Notes under the pieces: model-generated | What the model saw: the letters and a program-made list of their open reading frames with translations, nothing else | Databases searched by the model: none | What the model was told of the DNA's origin: nothing | Source: the human T2T-CHM13v2.0 reference genome, Homo sapiens | NCBI RefSeq assembly: GCF_009914755.1 | Contig: NC_060932.1 | Length of the DNA: 64,000 nt | Strand: one strand, 5' to 3' | In this document: positions 1 to 11,092 of the stretch, piece after piece | Layout: every line of letters begins with the position of its first letter | How positions within the stretch are numbered: the first letter of the stretch is position 1 | Made by a program: the position numbers and the translations under genes

Positions 1-2777
1 AACTAATGCATGATATTTCTCATTAACCTGTCTGAATTCCCTGACAGGTTTAGTACATTATCAATATAACAGAGATCAACCTCAAAGTACAGATATTTCA
101 TTGATATTTCAATATTCAGTCCATAGTAATCATGCAAGAAAACTGTATTAAATATGCTCAATGACACAGCAATTAAAGAGGTAGCCAAAGACAATGCATA
201 TGGGCTATGATGCACTGTGCAATATTGGAAAAACATAACTAACAACGCTTCTGCCTCCCTTATCCTCGGATTCTTGTTTTCATCAGCCGCTCTTCTCCCC
301 CTGCTAAGCTCCCTCATGTTTCCTGGGGCTGCTTTTTCTTGCTGCTTCTCCCAGCTGTGCCTCTCGTTTTTTCCACTCCCCAGCTGCTTTGGCTCACACT
401 TTCAGCCTTTCTGGTATTTACTGTGTTAACAGTTCTAGTCTTCATGCCATCTGATGTCTCCTGTTTCATTTTTCACACACTCGAACAGCTGAAATCCCTG
501 ATGTATGCAAAGCAGCAGTCCATTAAAAGAGGGTTTTCTGGGTTTTATTTTTTTTTCGTTGAGTACAGAAAAAATGGAAGCAGCAAGAAAGAGTAGTTCA
601 CAGAGCTGCCAAAAGAGGCCACTGTGAAGATAAGATGAAGGCAAAATATAATAATAATCAGATTTCTTTAGGCATCAAAAAGATTATAAGTATGACACCG
701 GAAAAATAGTTCTTTCTGCAAATCCTCTTCAGTGGTGTGGTTTAATGAAAACTCTGTAATCTCCTTTCCAAGAGGACCATAATTTTCTTGAATTCTAGGA
801 AGCTGAAGATAAAAATCCTTAACGATGTATCCTTATACTATCTACAACATACAGGACTCAGGTAAGACAGATACAGTTATAATACATACATTGATTTTTT
901 TAAAATGACATTTTACTAGCAAAAATCTTCTATTTCTAAGCATGCTACCTGGAAAGAGGCTTAAAATGCCATAATTTAGTATAAGCCTTATCCGTATGCA
1001 TCCATCCCAAGTGTGGCTTGGATATGAATTCCTTGCAGTTTCAATATCAGCAGAGAAGTAATCAAATGACCGAAGTGTTCAAAACAGGAAAAGAAATCTT
1101 TCTTGTTGGCACAGAATAGAATAGTTTATAATGTGCAGCACGATGTGTTTAAGAGAAGCTCTATAGCATGCTTCTCAGGCATCTGAATACAAAGTAAGAT
1201 TAGATTCAGTACTTAAATGTTGCTTTAGTGAATAGAAGACATATAAATTGACTCCTCTAATTATTAGCTTATAAATTGATAGTAAAATACAGAATTTAAA
1301 ACATCTTCTTTTAGGCAATGTAAATAAGCATGAGATAATAGCCAGCACAACTACAGAGGATATTCATTCAGTCATTTGTTCATTTTCTTTATTCACCTCT
1401 CAATGTTATTTCCTTGCTTATGAATACAATGAACAAAAAGTAAATATTATTCCAGTCCTTTCCACTCTGCACATTTAGGAACTTTCTTTTGGACTGGGAC
1501 TTTAGCTGTCATTTATAGAGCTTTGATTGTCTTGGCCTAATGCACATGCCCTATCCTGCCATTGTGCATCATGGGCAGCTAACTGGGTAGCCACCTGGAA
1601 CACCGGGTTGTCTCTCACAAAGCCTCAGGTCTGCCTCAGGCATTTCCTGATGAGAAACAGTTCTCTGACTTCTAAGTTATCTAATCTGGGGATCACTCAA
1701 GGGGTTATGGGGTTGGAGGGTTGCTGCCCCAGCAGAAGTTGTGTGAATGGGTATGCATGTCGGCGGGGAGGGGCAGGCAAGAAAGACTTCCCTTTCCCCA
1801 GGAAGCCGAGAAAGTTGTGGGGTCAGTAACTAACTTGAAGTCTGCCCAGGTATGTGTTTGAGATGCCAAACATTCACAAAAATCTGCTGTGAAGTTCCTC
1901 TGCTATGAAAAGTCCCAGCCACGGGGTAACTTCCCAGCCACAGAAAGGACCCTGGCCTCCGTTCTTGGGGTTCTGCAAAACTGGCTGGGCTGTTTGTGTT
2001 GACCTGAGGCAATGGCTCTGCCTGTGGGGTCAAGAGAGAGACATTTAAGCTCTGGTTATTCGCCTGGCAGCTTCCACATTTTGAAAGATTGTTGTCCGTA
2101 AAATGCCTGAGTTTCAGAGGGGTATGCAGGGCCGTGTGTGAACTGGGGGTTGGTAGGTTGGCATTTTACAGATGGACCATATGGGATAAAGTAGTTTGAA
2201 GTGTCTTCCTTGCTCCTTCACACTCTATATATGTAATGAGTACATATATATGTATGTGTGTGTGTTATGAGAGAGAACACACACACATTTGACCACTTCA
2301 ATCTTAGACTTTCAATGCTGCTTGCAGATACCACAACAGAACTCTGCCATTGATAATGTGCCCGTGTGTACACTCTCGCATGACTTAGGGTGGTTTTAAG
2401 AGATGCTAACATATGTATGACATTTAGTTTCTCTGAAGGAAAGTAACTACTAAATGATCTACATGGAACTTTAGAGAAATTCTGAGACATTCAGTGAGAT
2501 GTAATGCTCACTATCACAGAGATAGTCAAGGAGATTCACTTGAAGGGAAATGACACATGAACTAATGTATGTTTAAACACCCTAACAAGAGTTTTGCAAT
2601 AGTTAAGTGCCCAGTAAATGTTAGCTACAGTATGATTGGTAAAATATGGTGTTTAGAAGAACTACAAGTATCATGATGGACTCTAATAAGAGTCCATGTT
2701 CACAGGGTGGCCACAATTAGAGAATCTTATACTCTGTGTGTGTGTGTGCATGTGCCTATGTGACGCTTTTCTGAGCC

Positions 2778-3210
2778 TGTTAGGTTTGATTTATGTCCCC
2801 CAAAATTCATGTCTCTAAGTCCTAACCTCCAGGACTGCAGAATGTGACCTTACTTGGAAATAGCATATCACAGATATACCGTAAGTAGTTAAGATGAGGT
2901 CACACTAGAGTAGGATGGGCCCCCATATAATGTGATTGGTATATTTATAAAATGGGGGGATTTGGACACAGGGACACCCACACAGGGAGAATCTCATGTG
3001 AAGCCTGAAGGTATGCTGCCATAAGGCAAGGAACTGCAAGCAACTAAGAGACAGACCTGGAACAGATCCTTGCCTAGAGCCATCAGAGGGAACACGGCCC
3101 TGCCGACGCTGGGATCTCAGACTTGCAGCCTCCAGAATGGTGAGACAATCAATTCTGGATGTTTAAACCACTCAGTTCATGGAACTTTGTTATGGCAGCC
3201 CTAGAATACA
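2778..3210 (+). mobile_element. MLT1B/MLT1C-type MaLR solo LTR
   Basis: Starts tgttagg...tgtcccccaaaattcat, has internal 'gaatgtgaccttacttggaaatag' and 'gcctccagaatggtgagacaat', and ends 'ctttgttatggcagccctagaataca'. Matches recalled MLT1 consensus. Confidence 0.85.
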
Positions 3211-4815
3211 GGGTCAGTGCATGAAAAGATGGTCAAGTTACCTAATATTCCAGTCCTGACTTAAAGACACAGAGATTAGGGTAAGGAAGGTAATTCTCAT
3301 TACTTTACATACCTCATATCAAGAGGTTTACACATCAATCCATCTGCTATATGGAGTTATTTCTTAATTATATAACTTCAAATGAACATCAAAATAACAG
3401 GTAGGTTCACGCAATTCATTATACAATTTCAAAGAGGGAATCTGCATTTTCAATTGTATTTTTTCCAGTGATAGCTTGAGAGATGAATGACCAAAAAATA
3501 TGCAGCATACTTAATGAAACAGCTTTCAATAATTATTTTAATTGTGAGGAAAAATTTTAAAGAGCTCTGTAAGAATTTATATCAACCAAAATTCCTAGGG
3601 AATTTTTTTGCTTTACTGGGACACAGTATCTTAAGACTGATATGCTACATCACTTATTTTCTTAGACTCCCCTCTTGGTTAATTCATGTCTTTGAAAAGT
3701 CACTCAAAATTCATGCTTATGAGTCCACCCTGTTTCTCTATGTACATTTTTTCAGCCCTTAGTGTATAATGATGTTTCTGTTCTATTGTTTAGTACTTAT
3801 GTATATTTCAGAGTTATATTAATATACTTTAGAATTAGAAACAAACTCCATGATATTTCTGTTCAGTCTCTAAATTTAGTGGCAAGGAAACTGAGCCCTG
3901 GCTGTAATCACACGGCTATCTGAGGTCTGAGCCACAAACATAACCCAGGCCACTTTTCATTACCTTCACCTCCACCTCCATTGTGGTGGCTTAGCCATTT
4001 CACCTACGCTACCTGTGCTTCTTCCCCTAATCAGGTGATTTGGTGTTAGAACTGGTGCCTTAAAAAAAAACAACAAAAACCCTCATCCAAAGATTCTTCT
4101 GCAATGCCATGTCCCGATGAGGCATATCAAAATGCTTGCTTAAATGTGGAATATTTATGATATAGCTACATATGTATAAGAAGAGATTAACCAGTTATCA
4201 TATACGACTGTTCTTCAGTACATTATTATTTTTTAAGGCTCTTCCATTTATTTACTATCTAGAATATATTTCTTTCAAACTGATTGTTTATAGAACAAAT
4301 TGGTATTATGTATACCCCATGTTTTACTTTATTAATTGTTTTGATATCCAGACTAATGGCATTTTAAATGAGATGTGAAATTTGGACTTTACTACTGCAG
4401 ACCTTTGGCTATCTAGTCAAAGAAGGAATATGGGCTCACCTGGTTGATCAAATAAGGGTAGAAGAGGAAAGAGAAGAAGGAAAAAGAGAGGAAAGGAGAA
4501 GGAAAAAACAGACGTGAAAGATTGTAAACTCCCTTGTACAAAAGCACGATGTCTATTACAGTTGGTAAAAATCATGACAACAAATGCTCGCGAGGGTAAC
4601 ATGGCCGCATCTTTGCATGGAAAACTGAAGCAGCAGACAGCAGTTTCCACATCGATCTGCCAAAATGGAGAAAACTAGTGTCACCCACAGAAGAAGAAAG
4701 AAGGAGAAACAAAAACACCCCTTGAATCTTAACTGTGAGAGCGAGGAGCAAGAAATATAGGAGCAGCCTCCACCCTGTGGAATCACATTTTTTTTTTTGT
4801 CTGCCATCAACAGGT

Positions 4816-4829
4816 GTTGCCATGGTAAC
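4816..4829. promoter_or_regulatory. RFX X-box motif (GTTGCCATGGTAAC), overlapping an E-box CAGGTG at 4811-4816
   Basis: Near-palindromic 14-mer one base from the canonical GTTGCCATGGCAAC, in unique, locally CpG-enriched sequence. Binding is not demonstrated. Confidence 0.55.
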
Positions 4830-5834
4830 TATCCTTTAGTTAAGAAGTAGTACAGGCAAGAAAATCTATACAAAACCACAATAGAGGGACAAAATAAGAA
4901 AGATGTATTATAGCCAAACTAACCTCAGACCTACCAGAATGAGCAGCCAGAGGCTTGACTGGCCATTTACCAGATCTTCATGTTATTTGAAAGAGATGCT
5001 GGAAGGAGAGAAGATGTCAGCCCAGATTATGGTCCCAGGAGGAACCAACGCCAGGGAAGTATTGCGGGGGCTGCTGTGGCTCTCCATTTATCTTCAGTTC
5101 CACTTTATATCCCTATTCCCATTTGTACATTTTAGCTCTTTGATGACTTTGCGGAGGAAAGCTGCAGTTGTGCAGTGTTATGTCTGGAAACTTTTAAAAA
5201 GTAAACATATCACTGAATGACTTCTTGGTTATACTTCTACCTCTTTTAGGTAGTACATTTAGTAATAATTTCTCCATTTTCTCCCCTTCAGATGGAGAAG
5301 CTCAGGATTGCATGCTATGAATTAGTGAAATAATTAATAGCTAATTCTTCTTATGAACAACTATTGCCAATATTTGTAGGCCAGGTACCAGGAAATACCT
5401 CAGAGTCTGGCTGGGATCAAAATCTCATTTCTTTGGCTCTTTCTCCATTGCTCACGGCTCACAATAATATCCACAAGTAGTACCATGAATGAGGAAGTAA
5501 CACTATCTCTGAAATTAAATTCTGCATTTTTACTTTGTAAGCTATTGTTGGTGGTACCCCAAAGGGTGCAATCTTATCCCCTTTATCTACCAAACTTCTT
5601 GTTGTTCAAATGACCACTCTGCTTTATAAATAAATGACATAGATTAGTATACTTTGCTAACTTCTGTGATTCTTCAAGATTAAGGCAGGTGACAGAACAA
5701 GATTTGGGAAGATGAAGTCTGAAAGGTTTAGCTCGAGAGACAAATCTATGGGGTACCAACTATACTCTGCTGAGGCCATGCAGGCATCAGAGTGTCATAG
5801 AAAACAGAGTCTATGCCTCACCAGTCAAGGCTCT

Positions 5835-5970
5835 TGCCCATTTCTGGGACTCAGTGTCCCCTTCCATAAAGACATGGAAGCATTACCTCAAAGGGTCAGT
5901 GTGAGGCTCAAACGAGATAATGCTGTGAAAGCATTTGATCACTAATTGCAAAACACTAGGCATATAAAAG
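5835..5970 (+). mobile_element. MIR SINE fragment
   Basis: 'ctgggactcagtgtccc...attacctcaaagggtcagtgtgaggctcaaacgagataatg' resembles the MIR core and 3' region. Confidence 0.65.
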
Positions 5971-6834
5971 CTGATTTGGAAATATGGTTGTCACTTGTTT
6001 TTCAAGCTTTCTGCTATGTTAACATTACCTTTAACACACTTTTTTTCTGATAAAATAAGTAGGCCATGACAATTTTCACATGATAATTTTGGCAGAAAAT
6101 CTTTTTCCTCTTTATCATTTGGAGGTGCTTATCTGATTTGGACGTCATTTTCTTCTATGAGTTCCCTTTCTTTAACTTTTTGTCCAGGCTAGTAGATTTG
6201 TATCACGGGGTGGGTAGGTGTATGTGTGTGTAAAAGAGAAAGGGGGGTGAGGAAGGGAAGGAGGAACAGGAGAGTCAAGCGGAGATGGGAAAACACAGAC
6301 AGGAACAAGTAAAGGTGTTAATGAAGAGAAGGGGTAAAGACTTTTCCCTCCCATTTCAGAGATAAGTACCTATCCCTGAGGTGTTACTTTGTATGTAATT
6401 TGTGGATCACTAGGGATAAGTCATTGGTGGCTGTTTTGGTGGCTGTATACACTCTTTAGCAGAAGAGATTCTGGGAATGACATTAATTTCTGCAACTGGC
6501 TCTCATCTCACGGCACTGTTTCTCCATTCTTATGCTGATGGGCTCCACCAATCATAGTTGAAGATGCATAAATCCTCCTATTTCTCAAACTAACACTCCT
6601 AGACCCCTTTTACAATAAAATACATACTTTCTGTCTTTTTTATTTTTTAATAGTTCCCTTTAAAATGTTGCCCTTTTGCTTCTGAGTGTTTTGAATTCAT
6701 GCTATCCCTATCCCATCCCTTCCACCCCTCCTCTACTTTCCCCTCTTTACCACCCCACTGTTCACCACATTCGCCCACTGGTGAAGTCTCAAGTCTCATG
6801 GATTCTGTCTCCTTAAATGTTTTAGTAAATGTCC

Positions 6835-7350
6835 AGTTTTGGTATACTGCATGCTTACTGAAAAAGTTCACAGAACACACAGGATATAGAGTATTATGTT
6901 TTAAAAAAGAATATTCCTTTTCACTATATTCCCTAATCCCACAGGTAAGCACTGTTAGAGTTCAGTACAATACTTTAAAAAGGTCTGGAAAGATACAAAA
7001 ATCGAAAGAGTCTTTCTTTCTTTGTTACATATATAGTACCCTATACTAGTCACTGTTCAACAGTTTCATTGTGTTCATTTACTGTGTGTTAGAGAATGTT
7101 CCATGTCAGTACATATAGGGTTATCTCATTCCTTTGAGTAACTATAGAACATTCAATGAATGGTGTGGTTATACTATAATTGGGCATTCTGTGCCAACGG
7201 ATATTTAGATTATTTTTGGTTTTCCTCAATTACAAATGACATTACAATGATTAGTCCTGCATATATATCTCAGCACATGAGTGAGTATAGATAGGATTCC
7301 TAGACATGGAGTTGCTGAGTGAAAGGGCATGCACATTTTCATTTTATTCT
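6835..7350 (-). mobile_element. Old L1M (L1ME/L1MC-type) 3' fragment
   Basis: 'ccatgtcagtacatatag', 'gatatttagattatttt' and 'ataggattcctagacatggagttgctgagtgaaagggcatgcacattt' are typical of antisense L1M 3' ends. Confidence 0.7.
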
Positions 7351-7639
7351 CCTGCTCCTTACTGACCTAAAACCAAAGTTTTATTAATATACAGTATGTA
7401 ATGGTAAAAGGGAATATAATCCTTTGTTCTTCTGGATTTCACCACCAATCAATTCATTTCTTTTAGTACCTTCTGGGAATTCTTAAATATCCTTCTCCAC
7501 TGATGGTATTTCTCCCTGACTTTCTAGTTTTGCTGTGGATGTGCAGATTTCTTCTTCTTCTTCTTTTTAAACTTGAAGAATCTGGAGTGTGAAGGATAAA
7601 GTAAACAGCCCACAAGGCTTCTTGAACGGTCAAGGCCAA

Positions 7640-8690
7640 GAGGTTCCCAACTACTCTTGCCCCTTTTGCATTCATCCTCCACACAACTCTCCAAGTGACT
7701 TTCTAAAATGCAAATATTAACACTTGACTTCCCTGCAGTAACATCTGAATGCCTGGGGGCAGTAATGGGTTGAATTTTGTCCCCTAAAAATGTTAAAGTC
7801 CTAACTCCCAGTACCTCAGAACGTGACTTCATTTGGAAATAGGGTCTTTACAGAGGTAATCAAGTTAAAATGAGGTCATTAGGGTAAGCCCTAACCCATT
7901 AGGATTGATGTCCTTACATAAAAGGTGGAAATTTGGATACAGAAACAGATGTGCCTAGAGGGAAGCAGATGTGAAGAGACACAGGGGAAATGCCATCTGA
8001 AGCCATAGGCAAAGGCTGGAATTTTGCTGCCACAAGCCAAGGAATGCCTGAGGCTACCAGATGCAGGAAGAAGCAAGGAAACATCCATCCCCTGCAGGCT
8101 TCAGAGGGAACATGGTCCTGTTGACATCTTGATTTTGGACTTTTGGCATCCAGAACTGGGAGAGAATACATTTCTACTGTTCTAAGCCACCCAATTTGCT
8201 TGCTTTGTTACAGCAGCCACAAGAAATTAAAACAGTGGGTCAAGTCCAACTCCTTAGAGATCTCACATAGCCCCTTTCACACACTGATGCACAGCCTCAG
8301 AATCCTCCTCACAACCTCTCCTGTAACCACCCTACTGTCTTATCTGCTCACATCCAAAGGCTCTAGGATGTTTCCTATGTCAGTGCATTTGAACACACTG
8401 GTCCCTCTACCTAAATTTGCTTCTCACATTCCCTAAGCATGACTAGTGTTCCATTGCTTATCTGCAGCTCCACCTTCTCCATGAGCTGTTTCTGGCACCC
8501 CCCTCCCCACCAGTCTCCCCGGGCATAACTGGCTGTCCTTGTAAGTGCCCCCTATGCTGCACCTGGAGTATTTTGCTGCTATTTTGCACTTGCTTGTTTA
8601 TGCATACCTATCATCCACTCCTATGCTGCTCCTTGAAAGCAGAGCCATTCAACATCTCCTAGCAAAGTCACCACACACAGAATGTCCAAA
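7640..8690 (+). mobile_element. L2 LINE fragment, split by an MLT1C LTR
   Basis: 'tcctccacacaac...gactttctaaaatgcaaat' lies before the LTR; 'aagtccaactcctta' and further L2-like sequence follow it. Confidence 0.6.
7761..8233 (+). mobile_element. MLT1C-type MaLR solo LTR
   Basis: 'gtaatgggttgaattttgtcccc', 'cagtacctcagaacgtgac', 'gccacaagccaaggaatgcc', and end 'ttgttacagcagccacaagaaattaaaaca'. Confidence 0.88.
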
Positions 8691-9069
8691 GTGGGATTTC
8701 GCTGGGTGAACCATACACCAGTGCCATAAAAATATAACAACTATAAGAAATGTATCATGATTTTTTATTTTGTTAAACATGTCTCATGTAATGAGGTAGA
8801 GTATGTCAGGCTGACTGCAAGTGACTGAAGCACTCCACTGATAATGGCTGAAGAGTACTCTCCTAAGCACTGAATTTGTGGCTATTTTCAGGTTGTTATT
8901 TTTGATGACATTCATTCTTCTGGTCAATATCACTTAGAAACTAGATTTTGCCATCAGCTACTGCAAACTCTAACAGCTCCAACCATTAAATAGATGTGTC
9001 TGGATAAAGCTGCACTATGGTGCTTAGTCTCTGATGTCCACTGACTGTCTCCTTCATTAAAGAGCAGCT

Positions 9070-9318
9070 CACTAGAGACAGAAAGTAGATCAGTAGTTGC
9101 CTAGAGCTGGAAGGAGGGTGAGATGGGGAAATTGGAGGTGGGGTGACAGCCTAGGGGTGAGGGGTTTCCTTCTGGAGTTATGAGAATGTTCTAAAATTGA
9201 TTGTGGTGATGGTTACACAGCTGGATATACTGAAAGCCACTGAACTGTATACTTTAAATAGGTGAATTGTACAGTATGTGAAAGATACTATATCTCAATA
9301 AGTTGTTTCTTTAAAAAA
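9070..9318 (+). mobile_element. L1MB-type 3' end
   Basis: 'agagacagaaagtagatcagtagttgcctag', 'aatgttctaaaattgattgtggtgatggtt', 'tatatctcaataa', then an A-rich tail. Confidence 0.85.
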
Positions 9319-10263
9319 GAGTGGTTCATTCAACCCATCCCAAACTAAAAGGATTTCTGTTAAAACAAGCCAATTCTTTCATAAGCAAACATCCACACAG
9401 ACAAAATAAAATAGACCTTCTGCATTAATAAAAAAGAAAAATACTGCAGCCTGTAATGTTTATAGTATCTGAAAGAAAACTTGACAGATAAGGATCTCTC
9501 ATGTCAGGCCCATTTACTCTGAACCATCCTATTGCTTCAGCATTGGGCGTGTAACAGCATAACTCGACCTCACAACTTTCCTTTTGTCTTACATTATCCT
9601 GATTCTCTCCTCTTTTTCTCTGTGTCATCAGGGATACTCTTAAGTCGGTAAATATTAGAGCCGGGAAGGAACTAAGACATTCATTTGGTTCCAAAGCCCT
9701 CATTTTACAGATGATAAAATGACAGCCAAGAAGAGAATCCTAAAAACTTACCAAGCTTTTGGTCTTGGAGAGGATATCAGTTCCAGAGTGAATCCAATGA
9801 CCTCTGTGCAAGGCAGTAATATTTGACAGTGTATCAGGCAAAAGAATGCATCTCTAATGCTTTGCAAACTGTTTAGCAAGCCTTCTGAATAAATGAAGCA
9901 TTGGATGACTAAAAGCAGGCATCCTGGTGTTTATCCATAAACTGTTTAGTTTTTACCACCTATGATGTGAATACTTGTCACATCTCCCCAGTGAAATTTC
10001 AAACTCCTCAATGATAGGAAAGGCAGCTGATGTGCCCTTTCCCCCTTCTCTTATCACCATTTGATACCCAAAGCATTCAGCAAAGAGTTAACAATTGCTT
10101 TATGGGTACAGGACAGACCTATAGCAAAGTTTCATATTAAAATGTTTTTCTTTTTAGTAACATTGTTTTTGGGCAAACATAATTTAATGCACGGAATAAG
10201 AAAATCTATGTAGTAATCCTGTAATTGATTGTGACCACTCTTGGAAGCCCCGTTTCTAAGGTC

Positions 10264-11092
10264 TTTTTTTTAAATTTCCAATTTTTATTTTAAGTTCAGG
10301 GATACATGTGCAGGATGTGCAGGTTTATTACACAGGTAAACGTGTGCCATGGTGGCTTGCTGCACAGATCATACCATCACCTAGGTATTAAGCCCAGCAT
10401 CCATTAGTTATTCTTCGTGATGCTCTCCCTCCTCCTACCCCCCAACCCTCCGGCAGGTCCCAGTATAGGCTGTTCCCCCCATGTATCCATGTGTTCTTAT
10501 TATTCAGCTCACACTTATAAATGAGAACACTTGGTATTTGGTTTTTTCTTCCTGTATTAGTTTCCTGAGGGTAATGGTTTCCTGCTCCATCCCTGTCCCT
10601 GCAAAAGACATGTTTTCATTCATTTTTATGGCTGCACAGTATTCTATGGTGCATATGTACCATATTTTCTGTACCCAGTCTATCACTGATGGGCATTTAG
10701 GTTGATTCCATGTCTTTGCTATTGCGAATAGTACCGCAATGAACATATGTGTGCATGTATTTTTATAATAGAACAATTTACTTTTCTTTGGGTATATACC
10801 CAGTAATGGGGTTGCTGGGTTAAATGTATTTCTGCCTCTAGGTCTTTGAGGGATCAACACATTGTCTTCTACAATGGTTGAACTAATTTACCATCCCACC
10901 AACAGTGGAAAAGCATTCCTTTTTCTCTATAACTTCGCCAGCATCTGTTTTTTGACTTTTTAATAACAGCCATTCTGACTGATGTGAGATGGTATCTCAT
11001 TGTGGTTTTGATTTGCATTTCTCTAATGATCAGTGATTTTGAGCTTTTTTTCATATGTTTGTTGACTGCATGTATGTCTTCTTTTGAGAAAA
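10264..11092 (-). mobile_element. 5'-truncated older L1PA (approximately L1PA8-L1PA11): 3' UTR plus ORF2 C-terminus
   Basis: Poly-T followed by 'gatacatgtgcaggatgtgcaggtttattac'. Minus-strand ORFs 10504-10860 and 10869-11054 encode L1 ORF2 C-terminal peptides ([23 protein letters not shown]) and are frameshifted. Confidence 0.93.

Noticed and set aside
3-644. Overlapping ORFs at the window start as coding exons
   Set aside because: No recognisable protein family and no convincing flanking splice pair; the compositional skew explains the open frames.
6935-6950. Plus-strand donor cacag|gtaagc
   Set aside because: It lies within an L1M 3' relic where similar sequence is expected, and I saw no matching acceptor.
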